From: a virus
Direction: 5' to 3' (one strand)
DNA: 64,000 nucleotides
IMG/VR virus record: IMGVR_UViG_3300006052_000009
Span: 1-64,000 of that record
Positions 38,736 through 49,101 of the stretch are shown in pieces (position 1 is the stretch's first letter; each line of letters opens with the position of its first letter). The notes under the pieces are model-generated. The model saw only the letters and a program-made list of their open reading frames with translations, was not told the DNA's origin and made no database searches. The position numbers and the translations under genes were made by a program.

Positions 38736-40442
38736 ATGAAAACTAAAAAGAAAACTTACTCCGACAAAGTAAAGAACAAACTGAACCCGACATCGATTAA
38801 ACCGATTCGCATTGATTGTGGATGTGGTAAGAACAAACGCAAGGATGGAGATTGGATTGGTGTAGATGTGATCGCCTTCGAGGGAGTCGACATAGTGATG
38901 GATTTAGGCAAGAATAAGTGGCCATGGAAAGATGGTTCCGTTGACGAGGTTCATGCTTCACACTTTGTCGAGCACCTGAAGCCAGAAGAAAGAATTCATT
39001 TTGTAAACGAATTGTACCGAGTGTTGAAGGATCCTAAATATGTTGACGGCAAGCGTGTAGAAGGATTCGCCACCATCATTGTTCCTCACTGGGCAAGCCA
39101 ACGGGCTTATGGGGATTTAACTCATTGTTTTTCTGAGGACACAGAAATATTAACTGAGAACGGATGGAAGTCAATATCAAAAGTTAATATTGGTGAAAAG
39201 GTATTGTCTTTAGATTTAAAGACTGAAGAAAGTCATTTTGAAGAAGTTATCGGTGTAATCAATGAACCTTACATTGGTCCAATGTTGCATTTTGAATCAG
39301 AATGTCTTGATTTAAAAGTTACACCAAATCACGATATGGTGTGGAGAGCAAAAACTAATAGTTCCCCAGGCTACTATAAAAGAAAAGAAATACCTCATCC
39401 AAGACCAATATTAAGAAAATCTCAAGCAGATACTTTTGAAAAAATGGGTGGACATCATCCACGTTGTGGAACTGCTGTAATTAATTGGAAAGGCGAATTC
39501 CATGAAAAAATACGTATTGCAGATGATGAATTAAGTCTAGGTAGAGTTTTAAATGCTGAATATAAATCAGAAGACTTTGCTGAATTTATGGGGTGGTTTA
39601 TTGCTGAGGGGCATGTTGATTTAAGTAGTAATAATCACTACAGAATTACTATTGCTCAAAGTAGTTCTGCAAATCCACATAAAGTGGAACAAATAAAGAA
39701 TTTATTGGACAGAATGGGATTTACTTATAAAGTATATCCTGATAGAATAAGATTTGATTCAAAACCACTTGCTTTATATCTCAAAAAATTAGGATTAAGC
39801 CATGAAAAGTTTATTCCGAATGAGATTAAATCTTTATCACCCAATCTATTGAGAATATTTTTAGATTCTGCCATAAAGGGTGACGGTAGAACTAATAGTA
39901 GTAATGGATGGGAGTACGCAACAGTATCGTTAAGACTTGCAGATGACATACAAGAAGTTGCTTTAAAGGCTGGATACAGGACATCATTAAGGAAAGATAG
40001 GGTCGCTGGAACATCAGGTGGAGTTGTAAACGGACATGAGGTAATAAGCCAACATGATCTTTATATGGTTGGGATTTATCAAAATACTGATTTATGGTAC
40101 CCTAAGCCAAAAAGAATTGAATATTCAGGTAAAATGGTTTGTGTAACATTAGCTAATCATAATAATATTTTTGTAAGAAGAAACGGGAAACCAATTTGGT
40201 CTGGTAACTGCTGGCCACCAGTGTCTGAATTCTGGTTCTATTACCTCGACAAGGATTGGAGGGCGATTAACGCTCCCCACAACGATAAGTATACATGCCA
40301 CTTCGGATGTAACTGGTGGTACAACATGAAGGAGGAGATACAGTCGCGCAACACCGAATACCAGACCAATGCGGCTTTATACTGGAAGGAGGCATGTTCA
40401 GATACAATAGCTACCTTTGAGAAAAAACCTTTAACCAAATAA
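38736..40442 (+). CDS. class I SAM-dependent methyltransferase interrupted by an intein
   Basis: DCGCG motif I, WPWKDGSVDEVHASHFVEHL, ELYRVLK; 207-aa extein after splicing. Confidence 0.85.
   Translation: MKTKKKTYSDKVKNKLNPTSIKPIRIDCGCGKNKRKDGDWIGVDVIAFEGVDIVMDLGKNKWPWKDGSVDEVHASHFVEHLKPEERIHFVNELYRVLKDPKYVDGKRVEGFATIIVPHWASQRAYGDLTHCFSEDTEILTENGWKSISKVNIGEKVLSLDLKTEESHFEEVIGVINEPYIGPMLHFESECLDLKVTPNHDMVWRAKTNSSPGYYKRKEIPHPRPILRKSQADTFEKMGGHHPRCGTAVINWKGEFHEKIRIADDELSLGRVLNAEYKSEDFAEFMGWFIAEGHVDLSSNNHYRITIAQSSSANPHKVEQIKNLLDRMGFTYKVYPDRIRFDSKPLALYLKKLGLSHEKFIPNEIKSLSPNLLRIFLDSAIKGDGRTNSSNGWEYATVSLRLADDIQEVALKAGYRTSLRKDRVAGTSGGVVNGHEVISQHDLYMVGIYQNTDLWYPKPKRIEYSGKMVCVTLANHNNIFVRRNGKPIWSGNCWPPVSEFWFYYLDKDWRAINAPHNDKYTCHFGCNWWYNMKEEIQSRNTEYQTNAALYWKEACSDTIATFEKKPLTK
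39126..40208 (+). mobile_element. intein with LAGLIDADG endonuclease (361 aa)
   Basis: N-terminal CFSEDTEILTENGW; VTPNH block B; FMGWFIAEG and FLDSAIKGDG; C-terminal WSGN followed by Cys+1. Confidence 0.92.
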
Positions 40443-40446
40443 AATT

Positions 40447-40851
40447 ATGGCACAAGTAGTAATGACAGACGAACAAAAGGAACTGCTTATCGCGGATCCT
40501 AATTTTGTAACGGCAGTAAAGTGGTCTATCCTGGCGCAGGCAGACTATGAAAGAGGAGTTGATGGAACTGGAGTTAGCGGAGCCGCTAACCTAAAGCAAT
40601 GGGCACAGTGGAGGCCGTTAGCCGCACAGATAATTGCAAATCCGGCAATCATCAATGGTGGTGCAGCGCAGTTCTTTGTGAACCAAATCTCTGTTCAGAG
40701 TTTAACCTGCTGGGATAATGTTTCTAACCTTACTGCCGATGCCATCCAATGGTTATACGGCAACCACGGTGGAAACTCAACTAATTACTTTGGAGCTAAT
40801 TCATTAGCCCAGGCATGGTTCGCTCAACAAGTGTTAACTTCTCCTTGGTAA
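40447..40851 (+). CDS. hypothetical structural-module protein
   Basis: 134-aa ORF. Confidence 0.65.
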   Translation: MAQVVMTDEQKELLIADPNFVTAVKWSILAQADYERGVDGTGVSGAANLKQWAQWRPLAAQIIANPAIINGGAAQFFVNQISVQSLTCWDNVSNLTADAIQWLYGNHGGNSTNYFGANSLAQAWFAQQVLTSPW

Positions 40852-40854
40852 TCA

Positions 40855-42573
40855 TTGGCAGACGCATTAAAGATATCGAACGGATTAATATTTGACTTCA
40901 CTATCCCTAGCGCAGGTGGTAGCGATCTCTTACTATTCTCCGATTCCAACGGTAACTTAACGCAAGCGTCTTCTCTTCCAAGTAGCAGAGTCTCTGGCGG
41001 TGGCAATCTAACGGAGGCAACATCTTCAGTTCTAACCATAACTGGTGGAACTGGATCGGTGCTCGGATCAGGTGTAAGTATTCAAGTAAAGCAGGCCACT
41101 ACATCTGTTTCAGGTTACCTGTCGAACACCGATTGGAATACGTTCAACAACAAACTAGGAACTTCGCTCACTTCGGCATATATCTTTGTTGGTAACGGCT
41201 CAAACGTAGCCACTGGAGTTGCCCCTTCTGGTGCCATAGCAATAACCAATGCAGGGGTAACTTCTATCAACACCAACTACATCACCGACACGATGGTGAA
41301 CTCATCGGCTGCTATTGCCTTTAGCAAGATGGCCGCACTATCAATCAACAGTGCCGTTGTCACAAATGGCTCGGGATTCATTACCACAAGCGCAACAACA
41401 GCCACACAGATTGGATATTTAAGTTCTCTATCGGGTGACATCGCTACTCTCTTTGCTACCAAGTTAACCGTGACCATAACCTCTCCATCCAACGGACAGG
41501 TCATCAGTTACAATGGTTCTGCATGGGTTAACTCTTCTAGTGGAGGAACTTTACCTACGGGAGGTACAACTGGCCAGTTCTTGGCAAAGAACAGTTCAAC
41601 TAACTATGACGCAGGTTGGTTTACATTGACGGCATCCAAGATCACGGATCTGACCGCAACGGCCACCGAGATCAACACTCTTCATGGCGTAACGACAACG
41701 ACAGCTCAGTTCAATTATCTTAACACGACCACGAGTGACGTTCAGGTTCAATTAAATGGTAAACTGAATAATTCTCTTGCCTATAATTCAATCTGGGTAG
41801 GTAATGGAGCCAACCAACCAACCCAATTGGCCGCAAGTTCCAATGGTTACCTTTTAACTATTGTCTCAGGATCACCGCAGTGGGCACCGATACCATCTGG
41901 CCTTGTTCCATTCACTAATGCAAGTTCTCCTGCCACGATTCAGAATTTCTCAAGAGGATGGTATTACCTAGACATGCTCACCACCAACAATATTGTTTTT
42001 GGTGGCGGTAATGATGTTGGTACAATCGTAACGCTTACAAGGACAACAGCGGGTACCGATGGCGTTGTCCCTCCAGATTCATCGTACAGCAACACGATAA
42101 CTCCTAACGGATCGGCATCCTTAAATTACAAGGGTAGATATGTAACCAGCATCCCTGTAAGCTCCAGAAACATCACAATGATGATGGTTGCCAACGCTGG
42201 CGGTATAAACTACTGGAAATGCATCGGTGAAGATTTAGCGGCTCCTACGACTGGTGTTTGGACCTCGGTAAGTTCATTCTCAGGTTCTTGGACAGGGTCT
42301 AACGTAAGGTATCGCCTTGATGGGTCTGGAATAGTTTATCTTTGCGGAGTTCTTACTTATAATGGAGGAACAACTCAAGTAACAGCTAACTCGGCTTTCC
42401 CTAATGCAGTCAGTTCAAATACTCCTAATCTTTTAGTTCTGGCATTAGGAAGCAGTGTATATGGGTACGTTCAGATCACCACCGCTGGAAGAATGAATAT
42501 TGTCAACGTTTCCTCAGCATTTACTAATGGTGACCAATTCTCTTTGAATGGCTTGATTTATACTACCGTATAA
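40855..42573 (+). CDS. second fibre protein, paralogue of 31212-36257
   Basis: same MADALKISNGLIFDF N-terminus and shared internal blocks; TTG start. Confidence 0.8.
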   Translation: MADALKISNGLIFDFTIPSAGGSDLLLFSDSNGNLTQASSLPSSRVSGGGNLTEATSSVLTITGGTGSVLGSGVSIQVKQATTSVSGYLSNTDWNTFNNKLGTSLTSAYIFVGNGSNVATGVAPSGAIAITNAGVTSINTNYITDTMVNSSAAIAFSKMAALSINSAVVTNGSGFITTSATTATQIGYLSSLSGDIATLFATKLTVTITSPSNGQVISYNGSAWVNSSSGGTLPTGGTTGQFLAKNSSTNYDAGWFTLTASKITDLTATATEINTLHGVTTTTAQFNYLNTTTSDVQVQLNGKLNNSLAYNSIWVGNGANQPTQLAASSNGYLLTIVSGSPQWAPIPSGLVPFTNASSPATIQNFSRGWYYLDMLTTNNIVFGGGNDVGTIVTLTRTTAGTDGVVPPDSSYSNTITPNGSASLNYKGRYVTSIPVSSRNITMMMVANAGGINYWKCIGEDLAAPTTGVWTSVSSFSGSWTGSNVRYRLDGSGIVYLCGVLTYNGGTTQVTANSAFPNAVSSNTPNLLVLALGSSVYGYVQITTAGRMNIVNVSSAFTNGDQFSLNGLIYTTV

Positions 42574-42613
42574 AATTAATCGCTATTTTTGTATAAACTA
42601 ACTAACAAATCAT

Positions 42614-42976
42614 ATGAAAATTAATCTCAATCATCAGTTCAAGACCCTCGGGGGTAAAGAGTACGACAAAGTAGATCAGGCAGGTAATCTGATCGAACCA
42701 CATCACATGGCCAAGTGCCTCGGCCTCGCTATGTGGCAGTTTGCTGACAAGAACATGAAGTTCAAACTGTGGGCTGAGTCACTCTATAAGACTGGCGAAA
42801 TGGAAATCGACAACGTAGACTTCGACCTCATCGTAGCATGGCTCGAGAACTACGGCACCGATCCACAGAAGCAATGGATCCCTTGGTTCTGCCAAGTAGG
42901 TATCAAAGGACAGGTGATCGACTCCATCAAAGAACAAAAGGAGGGATCCGAAACAAAGTTGAAGAAAGTTAAATAA
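42614..42976 (+). CDS. hypothetical protein, possible fibre chaperone
   Basis: 120 aa after fibre gene; function inferred from position. Confidence 0.55.
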   Translation: MKINLNHQFKTLGGKEYDKVDQAGNLIEPHHMAKCLGLAMWQFADKNMKFKLWAESLYKTGEMEIDNVDFDLIVAWLENYGTDPQKQWIPWFCQVGIKGQVIDSIKEQKEGSETKLKKVK

Positions 42977-43641
42977 TGACTATCGATCGCGCTTATCAAA
43001 TTTTGCAGCTACTGTTCAACAAACAGCAAAATGGAAATATTGCGCCTTCACAATTCAACGCTGCCGCACCAGTTGCGCAGATGTCAGTCATTAACAAAAT
43101 TCTCGGCAACGAGCAAGAGTACACGCCAGGTCATCCCGTAGCACGTTACGGGATTGGCCTTACTCAAAAAATCATGGAGGACTTGGGTCAGTTGATTTCC
43201 ACGCCTCAGTCATTATCTTTCTCTTCAGGCATCGCTACCTATCCTACCTCATCATTGTATTTATACACAATGGTTGATGCTCAGGGTTATATCATCAAGC
43301 CAGTTCAACATGATGAGGCGGTGATACTTAATCAGTCCGTCATCAAACCACCTATAGTCAACAAAGCAATTTACTACGTGCTTGGCACAAGCATTTATAT
43401 TCTTCCTTCATCGATCACTACAGCGAATGTTTCGTATGTAAAGATTCCTACTGATCCTTACTGGAATTACACCATTACAAATAACTCACCTGTTTATAAT
43501 TCATCTGGCAGTCAAGATTTTTCTGTCGGTCCAATGTTGCAGTTAAGAGTTATACTTGTAATGGCACAAATGTTTGGATTAAATTTGAATCTGGCAGATG
43601 TAGTTCAGGTATCCCAGGCGTTGGAACATCAAGGGGCATAA
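42976..43641 (+). CDS. tail ring/adaptor protein 1
   Basis: NKQQNGNIAPSQFN, YVKIP; ~220-aa crAss-like ring pattern. Confidence 0.7.
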   Translation: MTIDRAYQILQLLFNKQQNGNIAPSQFNAAAPVAQMSVINKILGNEQEYTPGHPVARYGIGLTQKIMEDLGQLISTPQSLSFSSGIATYPTSSLYLYTMVDAQGYIIKPVQHDEAVILNQSVIKPPIVNKAIYYVLGTSIYILPSSITTANVSYVKIPTDPYWNYTITNNSPVYNSSGSQDFSVGPMLQLRVILVMAQMFGLNLNLADVVQVSQALEHQGA

Positions 43642-43644
43642 GAT

Positions 43645-44349
43645 ATGGCACTGAACAGAACCAAATTGTGGTACGGAGAGCAGGTGCTTAATCAGCTAAC
43701 CGATTCTAATCGCAACAGAGATGAGAAGATTGACCTTCGTGAAATTTACATCCAACTCGACAACGCTGTTAACTCTCTCGCGAAAACAAACCATCTCGAG
43801 AATTGGATAAAGTATGGTAATGGTCAGGTAGACGAGGGGTGGAAGACAGTCTTTGGGCCAATCACCATCACAGACCCGATTAATTATGGACCATCTTACT
43901 TTCAGATTCCTGCGAACTATGTCGGATTAAGACGCAACGAGGGTATAAGCGAGGTTTACTTCACCAACGATCCAACGGCCGTAACTCAGAAATATTATGA
44001 TCCGATCCATGTAATATCGCAGCGCGATAGTATCGTGTATCGTAACAACATGGCTGGACAACTTGCAGGCAGATTAAGTGTGTTCCCTCTCAATGGTAAT
44101 CTAGTATTTAATCAACCAAACGTGGGTGCTGTTTTTGGTACAGTCAATGTGTCGCTTGTAATAAAAGACTCTACACAGATACTTGAGACTGCGCCTTACC
44201 CTGTGCCAGCCGAGTATGAAGACATCATCATAAAGCAAACCGTTGCCTACTTCCGTGAGCGCAGACAGCAGCCGACAGATTTAGTGCGCGATATGAACGA
44301 CAGTAATGACGCTAAGGAGCCGAGATACAGAACAACACAAACTGCATAA
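43645..44349 (+). CDS. tail ring protein 2
   Basis: YPVPAEYEDIIIK...PTD..D; synteny. Confidence 0.65.
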   Translation: MALNRTKLWYGEQVLNQLTDSNRNRDEKIDLREIYIQLDNAVNSLAKTNHLENWIKYGNGQVDEGWKTVFGPITITDPINYGPSYFQIPANYVGLRRNEGISEVYFTNDPTAVTQKYYDPIHVISQRDSIVYRNNMAGQLAGRLSVFPLNGNLVFNQPNVGAVFGTVNVSLVIKDSTQILETAPYPVPAEYEDIIIKQTVAYFRERRQQPTDLVRDMNDSNDAKEPRYRTTQTA

Positions 44350-44352
44350 GGT

Positions 44353-45180
44353 ATGTCGATGTTATTTTTTAATGAGCCAGGGATAGCCGATATAAACGAA
44401 GAGGACAATAACTTCTTCAAATTGTCAGCCGTTTGCGATCAGGTTGCCATCGATCTTGACTTACCTTCGTCACAATACTTTAATCGTTTTTTGAGCTGGG
44501 CGAGTTTGGGGTTACTCGAGATACATTTTGATGCGTGTGAGGAAATCAAGACTACTACATTGCCAGTAAGTGCAGTGCTCACGGCTCAGTGCCCTATTGA
44601 TATGGTCGACTGGATTTCTATTGGCATTCAACAAAATCAGTATGTCACTAAGATGTCTGTTAATGACCAATTAGATCCATCACCAAGAACTGTGGCAACA
44701 TTTAATCCAACGGATGCACCTCCACCAGGATGGTTGCCTAATGATACAAACATTGTCGGCTACGGTGGCTTTGCCTTCTCTAACCCAGGTGGACGGGCAT
44801 TGTTCTCTGGAGCAGGTGGACTCCCGCAGACAGGAAACTTCAAGGTTGTCAATAGACCTGACGGCCACAAGGAGATATTACTTGACTCGGGCCTATGCCT
44901 ACCAAACAGTATAATTTTCTTGGAGTATCTGGCAACTGGTATTAATCCATCTGGTGAAACGATCATCTCTCCTTACTATTACAATTATGTTCGTGCCTAT
45001 ATCCACCACCAGTGGGCAAAATTCGGCAAGGGTGCCCAGAAGACGGAGTCTGAAATCATACGCACAGGCCGAGAATTATGGCACGAGGAGATGAAGGTAA
45101 GGGGCAGAACCAGCGCAATTGACATCAAGTCCCTTCTTACTGTGATGAGGAAGAATTACCGACTAACGGCACATGCCTAA
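44353..45180 (+). CDS. tail ring protein 3
   Basis: P.DMVDW..IG, IFLEY; synteny. Confidence 0.65.
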   Translation: MSMLFFNEPGIADINEEDNNFFKLSAVCDQVAIDLDLPSSQYFNRFLSWASLGLLEIHFDACEEIKTTTLPVSAVLTAQCPIDMVDWISIGIQQNQYVTKMSVNDQLDPSPRTVATFNPTDAPPPGWLPNDTNIVGYGGFAFSNPGGRALFSGAGGLPQTGNFKVVNRPDGHKEILLDSGLCLPNSIIFLEYLATGINPSGETIISPYYYNYVRAYIHHQWAKFGKGAQKTESEIIRTGRELWHEEMKVRGRTSAIDIKSLLTVMRKNYRLTAHA

Positions 45181-45216
45181 TTTTTAATTAACTTTACAAT
45201 CTAAAACCAATAGCAT

Positions 45217-45540
45217 ATGAAAAGCATGATCGGATTCGAAAGCGGTAATAAAGCCAATGCACCAGGTAAAGGAGGTAGTTCCTTGCCAACAGGTAAAACA
45301 TCAAGCGAAACTTCGCTTAAGGGAAAAAATGACAAATTGAAGGATTACGGCAAGAGAAATGAGTCTCCCGATGAGCCCTCAAAAGATTCTATCTCAGATT
45401 TGATCAAAGGTGTGCATCATGTGCATCACAGTGGAGGCAAATTCCATGTTTCTACTCAAGGTGGAACAAAGAGCTACGGAGCCGACACAAAATTGTCTGA
45501 AGCATTTGGACATTTAGTTGAGCCTGATTCCGGAGAGTAA
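45217..45540 (+). CDS. small G/S/K/H-rich protein
   Basis: 107 aa with its own leader. Confidence 0.6.
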   Translation: MKSMIGFESGNKANAPGKGGSSLPTGKTSSETSLKGKNDKLKDYGKRNESPDEPSKDSISDLIKGVHHVHHSGGKFHVSTQGGTKSYGADTKLSEAFGHLVEPDSGE

Positions 45541-45548
45541 TTTAACGT

Positions 45549-48500
45549 GTGGCTGAAGAAATTTACATCGCCCCTACGGGCGGCCTGAATACCGATGACT
45601 CGCCACTCTCAGGTAGCGCAGAGAATCCTAATGTCTCAGATTACCAGCAAGGGGACTACCGTTACGCCTTAAACGCTCGTATAAGTGCATCATCTCAAGG
45701 TAATTCGGGTGGACTTGAGAACATCCCATCCACTTTATTAATTAATAATTATTACACTTGGAACGGCTCCTCATTTGTCTCGGGTTCTCCACAATCAGGA
45801 ACAAACACAGCCATCAACAAATATGAAGACCGACAGAATGGATTAGTTTTTTGGTTTGTAAAAAATTCTAATGGTCATCACGCCATACTTCAGTACAACA
45901 GGGTAACTCAACAGATTTGGGAGTTACTACAGTGGGACGGATTATTATTTTCAAATTGGATTTCATGCACCAAGATTGATAAGTATTTGCTATTCACTGA
46001 TGGCAACACCACGCTAGGTACTGGCAATCCTCCTCGCATCATTGATGTTACTTCTATTTATACTTTGAAGTATACATTAGGAAGTAATTTTTCTGAGTAT
46101 CATATCAGCCTATCCAAGTGGGCACCAGTTGCGCCACCTATAATCAACGTGACAGGTCAGGCGGCAGGTAACGTATTTATCAAGGTTGGTATTTATCAGT
46201 TTGCATACCGGTATATTTATATTGGTGGCTTCCGTTCAACCTGGTCACCAGCCAGCAACTTTGTAAGCAACGAATTACTTGGTTATGTTAACACACCGTC
46301 ATCTAATCCACTTCAAGGACCATTTACAAACTTTGGAGTAAACACCAATGGCTTTATTTTTGATTACACTACTCCTGCCAACACAGCATTCCCTCACAGC
46401 GATTCAAGATTTTACACATTTGTCGATACTATTGAGTACGCTTATCGTGACTCGGCAAATGCATCATGGAGAGTGTTCAGTAGAGTTCAACTAAATGGAT
46501 CGGCTCCAGCTACCGATATAACTTTTGCAAATAGTGGCGCACTTTATAATGTTGCAGACAGTGACATTGGCCAGCCATACGATGCTGTTCCTTTATTAAG
46601 TCAAACAGTTGAAGCTATTGATAACAGGCCGATGCTTGGTAACAACTTGGATGACCTTGCACCAATGTCAAACTTTGCTGTGACTAATGTTCAGGTGTAC
46701 TCGGTGTCATATACTAACGCGAGAAATGACTGGTTTAATTATTCTGGTGGGGCATTACCTGATAAAACAGCTCAGTGGTTTTCTTTTAAAGAAAACGGTA
46801 TCTACAAACTTGGAATAATATTCAAGCATTACGATGGACGCAGTGGTCTTGTGCAGACTTTGGATTACTGGACTTATAATATTCCTGTTAATTTAGCACA
46901 GAATCCATGTGCTCAGGAGGACCTTCATGCATTAGGATTTAAGATTGCCGCAGGACTTCAGCCACCAGTTTGGGCTGTAGATTATCAGATCGTAAGAACG
47001 AATTGTTTGAACATTGATATGTTCATCATTGGACAAGTGGCAGATATAATATTTCTAACTGCTGGACCAACTACAGATTTATCTACCGGACTGAATGCCT
47101 CTGTTCAATCGGCATTCTCGGATTATTATAACAACTATAATACTGGTGGCTCTCAGTATCCATTGATCTCAAGAATAATTAATGCAATTAGTACCAATGC
47201 GGCGGTTTCCTCTCCATTATCTGCTTCTTTAATCTATTTTGACATAAAGAATTTCACGATTTCATCAAACATTGGATTTGGTATTAGTTCTTCTTCAAAT
47301 AGTGTCTATTACAATTGGCAACAAGGTGATAGGATAAGATTTTATGCCTCAACAACTTCAAATTTTAGTGGCCCTTATGTTCAATTTGATCAGTTGATTT
47401 TGTACTACAGTGGAACTGGAATAGCGGTGGCCATTCCAGATAATTTTAGTTCATATTACATGGGAAGTAGAACCACTGTAAAGGCAAGTGCAACACCCTC
47501 AGCATCCAAATTGTTTTCAATAGAAATCTATCGGCCAAAAAAATATTCTAAAGACAACGATGTTGTTTATTATGAGATGGGTGAATGGTATCCTGTGTTG
47601 CAGCCAGGAACTGGGAGTAGGGCGTTTAGTAAAACTGACTTTACTTGGTCTGGTACTGGATCAGTTACAACATCAACAGTAAACGGGTTCAATTATTATA
47701 ATACATATCCCATTATTAATGGTGACGTTTGGCTTGTTGTAAAAAATTTCTATTACCCATTTGCTGGAGGTGGTAATAACACTGTCTTCAGCGGGTACTT
47801 GGGTGGATTCCAAACAGGTGGATTCAATATTATTACTGACTATCCTTTATTCCCTCAGATGAATCAGGATAGGAATAATGCTGCTGGTATATGGGAACAC
47901 AATGTTGGGAAACCGCTGTCGGCCTATAAGTACAACGCTGTTCAACTGAATAAATACAACCAAGTTAGATTTGGTGGTAAGTTTTTAGAAGATTCAATAT
48001 TCATAGGCATAAATAATTTCAGAGATGAAAACCAATTCCTCTATCCGTCTGAATATGGAAAGATTCGGGCGATGGTTAATACGAGTAATACGCAGGTTAA
48101 AAACGTGGGTAATATACTATTGGTGATCGGTGAAGAGGAGGCTTGGAGTGTTTATGTAAACAGAACAACGCTCGAGGATCTCAGTGGTAATACCCAAGTT
48201 AGTTTGAGTGACAAGGTACTTGGTGCCTACAATACTTTGCTTGGATCATTCGGTACATTAAATCCGGAAAGCGTAAGCAAGCGCAACTCGAGGGTTATTT
48301 ACTGGAATAACAAAAAGGGGACATGGGTTCGTTACAGTGAAGATGGTCTTACTCCGATTAGTAAGTACAAGATGGGCACTTGGTTTAAAAACCTTGGAAT
48401 AATAATGTCACCTAGCTTTGCGGCTGGGAATACGCCAGCAACTGCATTGTCTGTGTATGATAATTATTACGATGAATGGATTACATTATTCAGTTCATCG

Positions 48501-49085
48501 TATCTGCCAGGAACATATCAGGGCTACTCCTCATACAAATCAGCAACATTCTCTGAACTTCCAATGGAACACGGAGGCAAAAGGTGGAAGTCTTTCTTTG
48601 ATTACAGCACCGATATATTTGCGGCATTGGAAAATGAAGTTTACTCAATCATTGGAACTAATGTTCATATTCATTACGGAGGCACGGATTTCAATTCATT
48701 CTACGGTTCTAAGAAAGATACTTACTGGCAACCGATAGCCAATCCAGAAATCAGGCGTAAAAAGATTTGGAAAAATGTGCAGGTAGGTGCTCAGGATAAC
48801 TGGTCTTTCCCGACAATTACTGGTGACCCTGTCAGTAACGGTGGAACACAGCAACAAACTAGCCTTTTGCTTGCCAACATGAATCAAATTGAGGGTGACT
48901 ACTGGTCAGATATCTACCGCGATCAGAATACACCCAATGTTTCCAATGCGATTGTGGAGGGACAGCCGATGAGATCGAAGTCCTTGTCATTGCTTATGAA
49001 GCTAGATCCATCGGTTACTTGGTATTCATTTTTAAGTTGGCTTATGGTGTATTACGACATAAGCGAGAAGACGGCAAAAAAATAG
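45549..49085 (+). CDS. tail stabilisation/muzzle (nozzle) protein
   Basis: GGLNTDD..YRYALN.R N-terminus, YQFAYRY, NPESV, TPIS.YKM. Confidence 0.8.
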   Translation: MAEEIYIAPTGGLNTDDSPLSGSAENPNVSDYQQGDYRYALNARISASSQGNSGGLENIPSTLLINNYYTWNGSSFVSGSPQSGTNTAINKYEDRQNGLVFWFVKNSNGHHAILQYNRVTQQIWELLQWDGLLFSNWISCTKIDKYLLFTDGNTTLGTGNPPRIIDVTSIYTLKYTLGSNFSEYHISLSKWAPVAPPIINVTGQAAGNVFIKVGIYQFAYRYIYIGGFRSTWSPASNFVSNELLGYVNTPSSNPLQGPFTNFGVNTNGFIFDYTTPANTAFPHSDSRFYTFVDTIEYAYRDSANASWRVFSRVQLNGSAPATDITFANSGALYNVADSDIGQPYDAVPLLSQTVEAIDNRPMLGNNLDDLAPMSNFAVTNVQVYSVSYTNARNDWFNYSGGALPDKTAQWFSFKENGIYKLGIIFKHYDGRSGLVQTLDYWTYNIPVNLAQNPCAQEDLHALGFKIAAGLQPPVWAVDYQIVRTNCLNIDMFIIGQVADIIFLTAGPTTDLSTGLNASVQSAFSDYYNNYNTGGSQYPLISRIINAISTNAAVSSPLSASLIYFDIKNFTISSNIGFGISSSSNSVYYNWQQGDRIRFYASTTSNFSGPYVQFDQLILYYSGTGIAVAIPDNFSSYYMGSRTTVKASATPSASKLFSIEIYRPKKYSKDNDVVYYEMGEWYPVLQPGTGSRAFSKTDFTWSGTGSVTTSTVNGFNYYNTYPIINGDVWLVVKNFYYPFAGGGNNTVFSGYLGGFQTGGFNIITDYPLFPQMNQDRNNAAGIWEHNVGKPLSAYKYNAVQLNKYNQVRFGGKFLEDSIFIGINNFRDENQFLYPSEYGKIRAMVNTSNTQVKNVGNILLVIGEEEAWSVYVNRTTLEDLSGNTQVSLSDKVLGAYNTLLGSFGTLNPESVSKRNSRVIYWNNKKGTWVRYSEDGLTPISKYKMGTWFKNLGIIMSPSFAAGNTPATALSVYDNYYDEWITLFSSSYLPGTYQGYSSYKSATFSELPMEHGGKRWKSFFDYSTDIFAALENEVYSIIGTNVHIHYGGTDFNSFYGSKKDTYWQPIANPEIRRKKIWKNVQVGAQDNWSFPTITGDPVSNGGTQQQTSLLLANMNQIEGDYWSDIYRDQNTPNVSNAIVEGQPMRSKSLSLLMKLDPSVTWYSFLSWLMVYYDISEKTAKK

Positions 49086-49101
49086 CTAAATTTGAATTAT
49101 T

